Shown here in pieces: positions 40,446 to 53,625 of a stretch of 64,000 bases of DNA (position 1 is its first letter; every line of letters starts with the position of its first letter). A model generated the notes under the pieces. The model saw nothing but the letters and a program-made list of their open reading frames with translations, was not told where the DNA came from and searched no databases. This DNA comes from Bugula neritina (lineage: Eukaryota > Animalia > Bryozoa). The DNA is taken from positions 31,078,628 to 31,142,627 of the forward strand of contig OZ037767.1 in NCBI GenBank assembly GCA_964035545.1, read 5' to 3'. Both the position numbers and the translations under genes were made by a program.

Positions 40446-43400
40446 TTATTTCAGAGTGTCAAATATTTTCTTGAGTTTCTCCTCTTTCTCCTTTAAACTC
40501 TTTTCCAGTCGCTTGTTCTGAAATATTCGTCAGACATTTATTATTATTCAACTGTATATAAACATAACTGGTGAAATAAGATAAAGATTTAAATACACAA
40601 ACTCGCTAGTTATGTATCTGAAATATTGACATCAGATGCTCCATTTACTAAAGATACAGTTTTGAGTAACAATAAAACTCATCCACAATAAACACTGAAT
40701 ATATTTGCTGACCTCTTCGCGCTGTTGGTTTATTTGGTCCTCCAACTTTTTAATGTTTTTCCTGAGTTCACTGATCTTAGTGTCTTTCTCTGTTATGGTG
40801 AGCGATTTCTTCCTCTCCGTTTCTTTGAGTAAACTGAAACATGACCCATAATACTACACCTATGTTACTCGGTAATACCACACCTATGTTACTCAGTAAC
40901 ACCACACCTATGTTACCCTGCAATACCACACCTATGTTACACAGTAATACCACACCTATGTGACCCTGTAATACCACACCTATGTTACACAGTAATACCA
41001 CACCTATGTTACCCTGTAATACCGCACCTGTATTCAGACTCCAACTCCCTGTGCTGCTGCTTTAAATTGTCTGTAAACTGTGTCAAGGTCGTATGAATGT
41101 CGTTGAGAGTGACTAACTCCCGCTTCACCGAGGCTAGAGTCCTGAGTGTATCGTCTAACCTATGTACACGCGCAAAGAGAATAATATTACCTCTGGAGTA
41201 AGAGAGTAGACAGTCTCTATTGTAAAATGAATATGCTTGTTGAAGCAAAATGCTACCTCCAATACATAAGAGTTAGAGTACAGCATATCAGAAGTTCCAA
41301 TTATGTCAAGATTTCAGAGTGATGTAACTTACTAACAATTAGGTGGCCAAGATTTGCTTGGAATGAGGGTTTCACTTTCAAGTTTTAAATTATATTAATT
41401 AAGAAACTGAAAGGCTATCAGCATACTTTCTGGAATCTTGGAGTAATCTTTCCATTTCTGCGTGCAGTCTCTCTCTGTCTACCAACATTTCATTCATTTT
41501 CTCACGGTAACTTTCACTGCGTCTCTCTGACTCATGCACAATACTTCTCAGTTTTTGACTCTACATAACACCAGCATAGCGTGTATATTCAACTTCAGCA
41601 CGGCGTGTATATTCAACTAGTTGTTATGAAATATTTCAGAGACTAACATCAATATGATAAATAAACAATTTTTAAAACACAAATTATCAAAAAAATGATT
41701 TCATTAAACAAAGGGAGTTGTCTCCCTCACCTCAGAGTCGACTTGGGCAAGTCTGGACTTGTACTGATGTATCAAGCGATCAGCTTGGGAGAGAGCCATA
41801 GTCTTAGCCTGTACCAAGTCCTCCAGGTGAGCTTCTTTGGTCTTTTGTGCCTTCAGCTTTAGCTCATAGACACTGATGATGTCACTCATGTGGTTGTCAC
41901 CTTCCACCTGTCAAAACATGTCACAATTGATGATGTCACTCATGTGGTTGTCACCTTCCACCTGTCAAAACATGTCACAATTGATGATGTCACTCATGTG
42001 GTTGTCACCTTCCACCTGTCAAAACATGTCACAATTGATGATGTCACTCATGTGGTTGTCACCTTCCACCTGTCAAAACATGTCACAATTGATGATGTCA
42101 CTCATGTGGTTGTCACCTTCCACCTGTCAAAACATGTCACAATTGATGATGTCACTCATGTGGTTGTCACCTTCCACCTGTCAAAACATGTCACATCTGA
42201 TGATGTAACTCATGTGATAGTCACTTTCTGAAGAGTTTTTAATAACTCATGTAACTGCTCGGGATAGTAATGAGTCTCATTGATTAAACTTTGTAAGAAC
42301 AGCTAAATTATAGTGAGAGCGTAACTCCAAATACTTGGATTTTGTCGAGATAAGAAACAAGTGACCTTCAAGTGCTGCAGTCTCTCTGCCAGATCTCTGT
42401 TACAACTCTGTGATGACGGGATGACGTTGGCGTCGCCTCGAGGAGAGCTGCCGGGTGATGCCAGAACTATATTGTCTCTCACACTATCCCGCAGGGTCAG
42501 TTTGCAGTCATCTACCAGCGGCGCGTCAAAGGTCAGCGTTTGGGTATTCCTGGGAGATTCAGAATGAGGTCGTCTGCTGTTGATGCTGGACATGACGTCA
42601 GAGAGACTACAATGGACAACATACAGATGATGTCTTCAGTCAACAGCTTCAGGAGATATAATCAGTTTGTATTAAACATTCAGTAGATGTCACTTATACT
42701 CAGTAGTCTATTTGGGCAAGACAACTCGGAAGGAGGCAGATAGAAATTCTGATACGAGTACAGTATTTAGATATGACAACTCCGAAACAATCAAATGCGG
42801 GGTAACATCTGGACAGTGACAAAAATGCTACAGTAAAAAGTAAGTCATGGGCTGTCTTGGAATGGCCCCACAGATAAACAGTTAACCAAGTAAGATCCAT
42901 GGCTAAACCCATCTGAGAGATACTGAATGTTAAAAGAAATGTGTAGATTCCCAGTGGTTGGTGAGCTTACACTGTAGTCTGCAGTAAGGATAAACTATCA
43001 GCTTTGGAGATGATCTTCAAGCTGAGTTGAACCTGAGATGAGGCGGTGCTGGACAGTCCAGTGGCCAGGAAGGGAACTAGAGATGTCTTCTGCAACCAGA
43101 CACCAAAACACAACGCTACAGTGTATGGGGTACAGTGTACAGTGTATGGGGTACAGTGTATGCGAGAGGTGGGAATACCAGGTAATTATAGATACTTAAC
43201 TATGGTTTGCTTTTAAAATATTGTCAAAAAAATAAAGACCAAGACATTCACCTGTAAGTAGTCATGTAAACACGTCGTGTAACTTTCATTGCGCTCCGTA
43301 GCCTCTATTATTACTGAAATGGCCTTCAACACAACTTCCACTCCTGTTTTACTGAATAACATTAAAACAAATGATTGAAAATGAATTATGACAGTCAAAC

Positions 43401-46400
43401 TAATACCATGGCTGAGCACAATGATTTGGGCAACATTTCATCACCATCGTAAAGAACAGAGGCTACAAATACTGATACAGTTGAAGACAATAACAAACTC
43501 TTTATAAATAAATATTAAAGAAATCATTAAATAATATTCTGCTGGAGCAGTTAGTTAAAAGTTGCTTTTTCCGAGGCAAACGAAAGTAATTATAAATTAT
43601 TAAAAAATTGTCTTTTATTGAAGTTAATTACTAAGGAATATCAAACATGTTAATACTGCAGTCACAGTTTAGAAAACTATAAACAACATCCATACATTGA
43701 AGGCATACTCCTAGTTAGAGGTCATCTCAACTAACCTCCAGAGAGCTGATTGGCTGGCACCAACTTCCTCTTCCCGCAGTTTGTTGTTCCAGTTGAAGGC
43801 CACGGGATTCTTCTGCAGCTGGTAGTCTACGATGTCAGTGATGGTGGAGGGTTCAATCTCCGACAGCACGCCAGAACTGAACGCTCCAGACGAGACCAGC
43901 ACCTCCAGCAGACAGAGAGAGGCAAGTATCTTGTCAGCGGAGCTGGAGCGTACGCTGCTTCTCTGTAATATTCACTCAGTGATGTAAACATGCTGACTAT
44001 AGTGTCAGCGTCTGACATCACTAGTGACTCATACACTGGATATACAAGTTGGTGTAATAATTCTGTTCACTGTATAACTTCTTGGAATACTACGGAAAGT
44101 CTCAGCAATGCTGAGTAATGTCTGAAAGATGCAACCTGTATGGAACTCGCCGTATTTGTATGTATATAATACTGTGTCTAACTCACTGGTAATAGCAAGC
44201 ACAACAGAGTACCATGTAGTTAATACTAAATCTAGTTAATACAACAAACACAGTACCTCATGAGTCAACTCATTCTGAGTCAGACATTCTGTCAGGAACT
44301 GGAAGTTGAGGTGACACGTGCTGCCAGCTTGAGACGCATCCACTGAGAGACTCTGCAAGTACATGTTGACAGGTGACAGATAGTAGACAGGTGACAGGTA
44401 GTATATAGGTGACAGATGGTAGACAGGTGACAGGTAGTAGACAGGTGACAGGTAATAGAAAAGTGACAGGTGACAGGTAGTAGACAGGTGACATGTAGTA
44501 GACAGGTGACAAAATTCATGTATTCAGTATGCAGGCATAAATCAGCACTAAATCTTCTTCGACGTTGTTTGAAGGTAATTATTTAGTCACATTGAATACA
44601 TTTACTGAGCTCTATTTCACTGATTCACTCTGGTCAATGCTGGAACCCAGAGATATTACTGGTTGAATATAACCTCAAGACGCTCTATTGATATTGAATA
44701 AACACAGCACTGCCGAGAAGACGTGACCTCCTGACCCCTCACATGACACTAAGAGTTTACCTCGTAGATATAAGTGATCAGTTTCAAGGCTAGAACTGAG
44801 GCTCCGTGATCCGAAGATACAAGTTTGGTTGCCATGGAGAAAATACGCTGCAGAAGTTCCTCTTCCTCACCATCTGAGGTTTGTACAGGCGCAAACACTA
44901 CCCGTGTTACAAGGATTCTTATGGTAGGAATTGAGGCTAAGGCTAACAGCAGCTCAAATAGCTGTAATATATCGATAAGAACAAGCATTGGGTGAGAGTG
45001 GGAGTTGGCTCCTCATGATCTGAATCACAAACCCTTGTGTTTGTATATTTGTAATGAAGGTGAGATGTGCATTGTTGGCTGTATATTCAATATACTAATT
45101 CACCATCTTTACAACCATTACTGTAGTACTACTTCATTTCTATCCCATTACACCTTATTATCTTAAATGACTATTTCGTTGAATCGTGCAGTTAATTGAA
45201 GTTCAAGTTACTTGGTACTTCAAAAATGAAAAAACGCATCAGAAAATATTAAATACAAGAATTCGGAGGCTTTCAACACATGAAAGTTTCACTAGTTGAA
45301 GTCTATTATGTGACGAGTGACTCATATGAGTGCAGACAACTCTCTCTAACAAGAAACACGACTTATGGGGGAAAACTGACTGACCTTGGAAAGATGGTGA
45401 CCTTGACACTTGGTGAGGAGACACGCCGTCTTACTGACAAAGGAGTCCAGTTTGGAGTCACTAGACAACGAGCACAATGTATAAAATAACACGAGGTAGA
45501 CAATTCACAATATAATCAGTATGAAAAATGCAGTTTGGCCGAAAATACAACTCCACAAATGCAATATAATAGAGCGTATTTAATTACATCCATAATGCTT
45601 ATTTTTCACCTGCGCCACAATAAATATTTTTCCATATATCTCCATACAAAGTAAATTCAGTAAATCATAAGCTTTAAAACTATTGCTTAGACGATGAGAT
45701 TGAACTACGCAGCAGACGACATTAAAATATGCAGCAGACGACATTGAACTATGCAGCAGACGACATTGAACTATGCAGCAGACGACAGTAAACTATGCAG
45801 CAGACGACAGCAAACTATGCAGCAGATGACATTGAACTATGCAGCAGATGACAGTGAACTACGCAGCAGATGACAGCAAACTATGCAGCAGATGACATTG
45901 AACTATGCAGCAGATGACAGTGAACTACGCAGCAGATGACATTGAACTATGCAGCAGATGACAGTGAACTATGCAGCAGATGACATTGAACTATGCAGCA
46001 GATGACATTGAACTATGCAGCAGATGACAGTGAACTATGCAGCAGATGACATTGAACTATGCAGCAGATGACAGTAAACTATGCAGCAGATGACAGTAAA
46101 CTATGCAGCAGACGACAGCAAACTATGCAGCAGATGACAGTAAACTATGCAGCAGACAACATTGAACTACGCAGTGAGAGGAAGTTTGAAGAAGTATAAC
46201 AAGACACACGCACTTGTTGATGAGGAACTGTTGAACTCTCTTGTTATTCAGGAAGTGGATGAGTAAGTCCACTACGTAGCTGAACGTCTCGCTAGAGCAG
46301 ACGGTGATTATCATACTGAAACAGAGCTTGAGTATCTGGTCCAGATTCTTGTCACTTGAGATCTACAGATGAATTCAACACATGGTATATTCAACACGTG

Positions 46401-48389
46401 GTATATTCAACACGTGATATATTCAACATGTGATATATTCAACGCGTGATGTATTCAACACGTGGTATATTCAACACGTGGTATATTCAACACATGATAT
46501 ATTCAACACATGGTACATTCAACACGTGATATATTCAACATATGATACCTTCAACACATGGTATATAATGTTCTACATATTCCTAGACAGCTAGATAATC
46601 TCACCAGCTTGTCGAACTCATCTGCCATGCCGGTAGAGGTCAATGCAGCAAGAGCTCCAATGGAGACCTCATTGTCGTCGTGGCAGACCAGTTTAAGGAT
46701 CTTCTTGCGCAACATTCCGCTCCGGTCGAGTGACCGCAGGTGCATCTGAACCGGCACGGAGCCCGACGTGAGGTTGACCATCGTGTAGAGCGAGGGTTTC
46801 AAGGTCATGTCGTTAGTCAGACTGGGGAACAAAGAGCAAAAGTAGACTCGGTCTCTTAATAACCTCACTGGAAACTTTAGGTAAGAAAAAACATGTATTG
46901 TCCAAAGCTGATGGATTTTTCCACATAATACTTATACCATTCACAGTGGATAGAGTCTTAGTACAACAACACTCAGGTAAGAGGTATCCTGCATTCCCCT
47001 AACTGTAGGGTTCGAGGCACCTAATAAAACTTAACCAGAAATAGCGAATTAATTTTGTAAAATAAAAGTGGATTCATTATACATTTTTTTTTTAAATATT
47101 CAATAATTTTATTATCTATCAACAGGTGCATTACTAAACTATTTATGAATACTACTACATTATTTTCACAACTTAAAGACATACACATTATTAGTAACTA
47201 TAGTTAGTAGTCTATCCACTCTCTCTTCATGTGCTCCACATTTGATATGCTTTGTGATTTTTCCAATTAGATTCAACACCTACAAACACAGTAGCTACAG
47301 TGAAGATACAGTAACTATGTGTATAAATACAGTAGCTACAGTTATAAAACACAGCAGTTACATGTATGAATACAGTAACAGTTGGCATTCACGAATGAAG
47401 TTTCATGGAGAATAAGATTAGAAGATGCAAATTCACCTGCAGTGGATGCGTGTGCTCATCAAGGAGATAAATGAGGGTGTCAAGAGCACCAAGCCCATAA
47501 AGCGAAACTGCAGGAGAACGCTCTAGGGCTACAACAAAAAGCAGAAATATTTAAGTAGGAAAAGTAACGATCGAAAATCTAGCTACATTGATTAAAGCGA
47601 GTGTAAAAGATAGCAAATCTGCTATAACACACAAAAAGTTACATATTTGAGTCCGTTGCGATCATTTACAAACAGCAGGAATAATAAGGAGCCAGGAAGT
47701 GATGCATGAGACGAGTTTAAATACCGAGAATGTTGAAGAGGGAGAGAATCTCTGAGCACAAGATGGAGTCGCAGTCTCCCAGCACCGTCAATAGTGACAT
47801 TAAACACTCAGAGGTCAAGGTGTTCTCTTCACTAAACGCCTGTACAGACTCCTTCTCGTTCTGCACGTGGGAGATAACTCTCTACAACAAAACATGGGGT
47901 CAACAAACGAATAAAATGGCAACACTTTATCCTGAGATTGAAAGGAAATGCAGACAGCAATATATTGGTTCTGTCAAACGCTTTTGTACACTATACCACC
48001 AATAGATAGAGGAGTGGTGACACAAATATTCATATTTCAGTCAGTGCCAGTTTTGGGAGCAAAAAGGGAGTTGGGTTTGACACCATAAAAACCAATAGGT
48101 GACAAAGACCTTCAAAAAAATTATTTTATTATAGCCTACATCATCAACAAAATGAATTAGTATAACATTCTCTCAACATAAACCTTAAGGTTGAAGGGCA
48201 TAGAATAGTTATTCAAACTATGTTGTAAAAAAAAGATTCAAAGTGCAGAGGTACCTGTACAGACTCCCGCAAATTGTTCACAATGATCTCTTCGCATCCT
48301 CGCAAGTGACTGCTACAGGCTGTTATACAGCTGTTGAGAAGAGAGCTCAAGTTCACCAACTCTGTGCTGCCACTCATTTCTCCACTCAT
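40446..48389 (-). CDS. CIP2A: CIP2A (KIAA1524) ortholog: ARM-repeat N-terminus, coiled-coil C-terminus, about 19-20 exons
   Basis: N-terminal exon LTSECLMSLL resembles CIP2A ILTSECLSCLV. Exon 41907-41731 SDIISVYELKL...HLEDLVQAKTMALSQADRLIHQY matches the conserved CIP2A coiled coil. The last exon ends KKIFDTLK* at 40446. A few internal exons and the 5' UTR exons (about 48750-49750) are not precisely resolved. Confidence 0.88.
40845..41028 (-). repeat. 24-bp minisatellite copying a CIP2A donor junction
   Basis: About 7 copies of AGGTGTGGTATTACAGGGTAACAT-like units filling intron 41027-40834. Confidence 0.9.
41874..42230 (-). repeat. 54-bp minisatellite copying a CIP2A acceptor plus exon start
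   Basis: Six essentially identical copies plus one diverged partial copy. Confidence 0.95.
44365..44512. repeat. 18-bp minisatellite (ACAGGTGACAGGTAGTAG) next to a CIP2A acceptor
   Basis: Directly visible. Confidence 0.88.
45700..46172. repeat. 22-bp minisatellite (TGAACTATGCAGCAGATGACAT-like) in a CIP2A intron
   Basis: About 20 copies, directly visible. Confidence 0.92.
46372..46566. repeat. About 15-bp minisatellite (ATATTCAACACGTGG-like) filling a CIP2A intron
   Basis: Directly visible. Confidence 0.9.
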
Positions 48390-50381
48390 GAGGAAAATCG
48401 CTGTCAACAAACAGTGCTGAAATGAGATCCTGCAAAAAATTTTTTTTATTTTTATCGCTTTATTACTATTAAAACAGGAAAATACTTTTATACGAAGTAT
48501 GTTTCCTAACATTACCACCATTTTTACAATGCATAGCATAAATGATAAAAATTTAACTGAAATTCTGTAATTCGAGCCTGAATAACGCCAATTTTCAGTA
48601 AGTATATTACTATCGACATGAATAAGTAAATCACTGTTTGAAATAGAATAAAAATGTGTATTAGATTGAAAATTCAAATCAGCTGATGCCAGTACATTGT
48701 TATTGCTTGACATGACAATTAAATTTGACAATTACTTAATGTAACTCACCTCTAGGCTTAGCATTGCAGCTTGCTGCCTTAGCATTGCAGTCTTAGTACA
48801 ATTTATAGTAATACTAATGTACTTTAGTAGTGTCAATTATACCAATACTTTTAGTATTGCCTAAGTTATAGATCAATAACAAATGAGACTACGAGTATGG
48901 CTATTCATATTTGCTAACAAGACATTATCATAAATAACTATAGGTAGTTGTAGAATTTCATAACAATAATAAATAATTATTACAAGTAAAACTAGAACTA
49001 TAACACTAATACTAATACTAATAGTAATACTATAACTATAAGTATACGTTAAACTTAATCTAGCAGTAGCACTAAAACTAAAAGTAAAAGTAAAGGTAGA
49101 AGTAATAGTAATACAGTTTGAATTTTTATTTATTCTTAATTTTAATATTACATACTGACTATCATACTGATACAGATACTAACACTTAATAGTAATAGTT
49201 GATATTGTAAATTAATTATTATTTATTGATTATTAATATTATTATTAATTTTAAATTAAATTAAATTTATTATAAAATTAAATATTTAATTCTAAGGTTA
49301 AATATAAAGAGTAAGATTCAGTGTTTTGAATCATCATATTAACTATTTCATTTAAAACAAGAATTATTATGCACAAGTAATCATTTAATGTAGTAATAGC
49401 AATATCAATATGACTAACGAGTATTATTATGTAAAAAAGACGCTTGGCTTCTGCTTTTCATTCATCACTTGAAATTAGCGGTATTCGCATTCTGTTGACG
49501 GGGTTCAATAAAAACTTAGACAAAAGATAAACAGACATCAATGTTCAGACAATCTAGTTTTACTTGGCTCGCTGCCTCTAAAAATTTGTAGCCTAATTCT
49601 ATACTTCTAACTATTTGAGTCAGTTTTGCCCAATGAAAAGTGAATATAATATATGCTTCACCCTGGCTTTGTCTCCTCAACATACGACATAGCACTGAGC
49701 TGGAATAGACCTGGAGAGGCCAAGGACGTTTTAGCGTGGCCAAATAGTTTAGCTCCGCCTTAACATGGAAAACTTAACCACGCCTACTTGTTTTGCACGC
49801 AGTAGTAGTAAAATCCATTATAAATGCAAGCTATTAGAGCTTATATATTGAGGTAAATACTAAAAAATAATGAAAATTCAGCAATGTGAAGCAGGAACCA
49901 ATTATTTTGTTTATTTTACTTTTGGTATTTGTAATTTCATGACTAATTATCATTTTATGAAGCATGTACCTCAAGTATATATGATAATAACTTTAATAAC
50001 CTAACAAATGCATTACATATTTATTGATTAGATCAACACATTAGTCAAAATTAAATGAAAAGCAACAGCAAAGCAAATTTCAGCCTTAGTACATGAACAC
50101 TGGCAGTAAGGATAACAAGTATAAAAGTTTATAAATAATATAAAAAAACCGGTGGTAAGACCCAGCTTTACAACACAGGCAAGTAACAGATTTCCTTAAA
50201 CCTTTCAAAGTTTTAAATTCTGTTTTCAAGTGCTAATCTGAAAGCAATAAGTGATTAAAATGGAATTACAGAATAAACAAAAAATAATATTATATTGCAA
50301 TAACAATATTTGTTATCATCTAATGTTATAATATAAATACTGTTGTAATAACTTCTAAACGATTAATTACCCACATCCTTA

Positions 50382-51853
50382 TTACTGGCCTCTAAACAGT
50401 ACACTTTTGTTGCTACATTGCCTGAAATTTAGTTTGTGCATAGCAATATTTGTTAGTTTAGCAATGTGGTGCTGAAATAAGTCATAATATACTTCAATGA
50501 GTAAATTTAAAAGGGAGAAATGATGATTTTCGATGCCTAATGATGTCTCCATGAATAACAGTTGTGCTATCTAATGGCTTAGAATTTCCTGAGTTGCCTG
50601 GATGTACACCACATCGGGTCACCAATTTTCTAAAGATAGACTGAAAGCCAGTTACAGATGCGTTATTATTCCATCCACCTAGAACAGATATTAAAAAAAT
50701 GCTTGGACATCAATTGCCTGTTCACAATTAATGATTGGATTATGTTTACCCAGAAAAAATGATGTTTTTTAGAACACAAGCAAAACCTTGCATGCAATTA
50801 AGCCAAAAAAGTCATTTAATTAAAAAATGCACAATTGCTTTGACACCACAGTTTTGGAAATTTTTGAAAATTCATTATCTTTGTCTCTTGGTATTCAAAA
50901 GTTAATAAAATTTACTTCATATTGCATGCATTTTAACCGCTAAGCTCATGCAAAAAAATTCACTTTTCAACACAGTTGGTCCAACCGACCATCTTAGTTG
51001 CACCTATCAAAGCAAAGTGAAAAACCGAACACCTGAAGGAAAGAGATAAGAGAGCAAGAGAACAAATGAACATCTTAACATAAGTGCATGCAGACTGGGC
51101 TTCATGCATAGCAGTTTAGAGCTATAGCATACCACAGCTCTAAATGGTCTTGCGAAAATTTATACATTAGCAGATAGTCGAGCGTTTTAGGCACCAACAG
51201 TTTCTCCACCAACCCAAATACTGTGTCAATGGCACATACAAGTCCAGTAATACAAACATGTCTGCAAATAACACAAATAGGGACAGGCACATATTAGATC
51301 TGAAATATAAGCAAGTAACACTTTCTATGGTAATAGGAAATTTACCTTTTGGTCTTGTACAGAGGTATCTTTTCATTATTCTTTAGGCCTAGCAAATATT
51401 GCCGTGTATCTTTCAGAAAAGGAGTGATGACACTGATACCATTTAGATGTAAAGGCTGCTTGTAGCCTTTAGCTATTGCTGATCGACTATTCAGGATGTC
51501 AAACAACCGATCAACTCGCTACAGAAAAAGTAACATCAGCAGAACATGGGACGATTGCAGTTACAGTATTTTAAAGAAATAAAACCAAAAGCTGTAACAA
51601 ACCCTAATGAAGTTGATGGTAGCATCACACTGCTGGAATTTAGAGAGTCCCAACTGTTTCAGCGTATCTAGTGAGTCAGCCACTGAAGCTGACAGCAACT
51701 GGGTAGCAAGAGACACCTGAGTAGATGACACAATAAAGATATTAGTTCAACACTCAATTATAACTGCATTGCCAAAGTAGCGCTTTACTAGTAGTAGTAG
51801 TAGCAGTAGGCTAGTAGTAGCAGTAGGTTAGTAGTAGAAGTAGCAGCAGCAGC

Positions 51854-51930
<77 letters not shown>

Positions 51931-52651
51931 CAGTAGGCTAGTAGTGGTAGTAGCAGTAGGCTAGTAGTAGCAGTAGGCTAGTAGTAGTAGTAACAGTAGG
52001 CTAGTAGTAGTAGTACTAGTAGTAGCAGTAGGCTAGTAGTAGTAGTAGTAGTAGCAGTAGGCTAGTAGTAGTAGTAGCAGTAGGCTAGTAGTAGCAGTAG
52101 GCTAGTAGTAGTAGTAGCAGTAGGCTAGTAGTAGCAGTAGGCTAGTAGTAGTAGTAGGCTAGTAGTAGTAGTAACAGTAGGCTAGTAGTAGTAGTACTAG
52201 TAGTAGCAGTAGGCTAGTACTAGTAGTAGTAGTAGTAGTAGCAGTAGGCTAGTAGTAGTAGTAGCAGCAGTAGTAGTAGTAGTTGTACTATCATACTGAT
52301 ACTGTAAGTATAACATTAGCCATTAGCCTTAGCTATTAGTATTAGTATTACTACTAGTACTACTAGTAGTAGTAGTAGTACTAGTAGTAGAGTACTACTA
52401 GTACTAGTACTACTAGTAGGCAGCAGCACCGCTACCACAACTATTAAGCCTACTGTTACGCTAGTTCATGTATTACTTTCACTGATTGTTGTAACTAAAG
52501 CCATATACTTACTTGTGAAAAGAGATTTTTTTGTCTTTATGTAACTGCTGTACTGGTAGTTGCGGCAATTGTATGCATAACATTAACACTGAGACTCAGT
52601 GGTCTTGCTTCTTTGACCCTTAGTTTGCTTAGGATACGGAGAATTCGACAT
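50382..52651 (-). mobile_element. Decayed, internally deleted P-element/THAP9-type DNA transposon with spliceosomal introns
   Basis: Exon relics: 52651-52513 (THAP start, with a stop and a frameshift); 51716-51603 VSLATQLLSASVADSL...CDATINFIR; 51518-51346 RVDRLFDILNSR; 51261-51133 YLLMYKFSQDHLELW; about 50678-50382 GWNNNASVTGFQ...PLDSTTVI, frameshifting into ENHHFSLL...NKSVLFRGQ*. These are hallmark P-transposase blocks. No terminal inverted repeats were recognised by eye. Confidence 0.85.
51788..52420. repeat. (TAG)n compound microsatellite inside the P-element relic
   Basis: Directly visible; includes AGTAGGCT interruptions. Confidence 0.95.
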
Positions 52652-53625
52652 GTTTAACGAAGTAGAGGTGATAGAAAACACAATTAAATAAAAATATAGT
52701 CGCTTCAGATATAAAGCAGGACAAAAAACAAAGTTTAAAAGTGAGATTCACTCAATCGAAATGATGGACGACCGGCTCTATTTTCTCCCGCTAGAAAAAG
52801 AGCATGCTCGGGCTCACAAAGCCAATCGGCAACGAGGTTGCATTACAAAGTACAATCGTACCCATTCCAGTTAATAATTATTGAGTTCATTGCGACATAG
52901 TAAATGCACACCCTGGTTATAAGCTTGACCTTCAACTTGGAAGCAAAAGCTCTGACACCAGAGCCTGTGAACTGTAAAGTGAATAACTCAATAAGTCAAT
53001 AACTAGAAAAATTTAGTAAGTAGTAACTCAAACCGTAAATGAGAAGTGACTCAGAGTAAGTATAACTAATTGTTCACAAATGAAATTTAAAAATAAGTGA
53101 GCTATAAATGCTCAAATTGGTTTAATAACATCACTAAGCAACAATGTGGAACGAAAATTTAGCCATTTTCATTTTGCCATCATCATCTCATCAAATTCAA
53201 CCATCATAATCATTATCATGTTGATGAAGACGAAGTTGCTTAGTGATTAGACGGACTCTTTATACTTACTCTTACTCTTAGTAGAAATAATACTAGTTTT
53301 GGTTTGTAGTAAAATATTTTGATTTTCAGTTTCGTTAGTCATACTCATAGTGATAGCCGTACCGGTACTCGTAGTGATTGACTGTTGAGTTAAACTCCAT
53401 CGCGATTTTCATTTCAATTTGAATTTGTATTTCAAGCATCAATTCTAATAGTAAAAGTATTTGAAGTAACTAGAGTTAATTATTCAAATGTGAATGACAT
53501 ATATTGGCATTGATCATATATTTATAATTATAATTGTTTGCATGTAGAATGCAATTGATGATGAAATTATTCTACCTATTTTTTCTTTTTGTTTAATGGT
53601 GAAAGTTTTCTTCCGGGTTTCCACC

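Noticed and set aside
41876-42231. Repeat ORFs on the plus strand and a CRISPR-like regular array
   Set aside because: The units are contiguous with no unique spacers and there are no cas genes; the unit is a copy of a CIP2A splice junction.
49681-52830. Terminal inverted repeats for the P-element relic
   Set aside because: There is only weak AATAGA(C/G)C similarity between about 49704 and about 52782, and no convincing TIR or TSD by eye.
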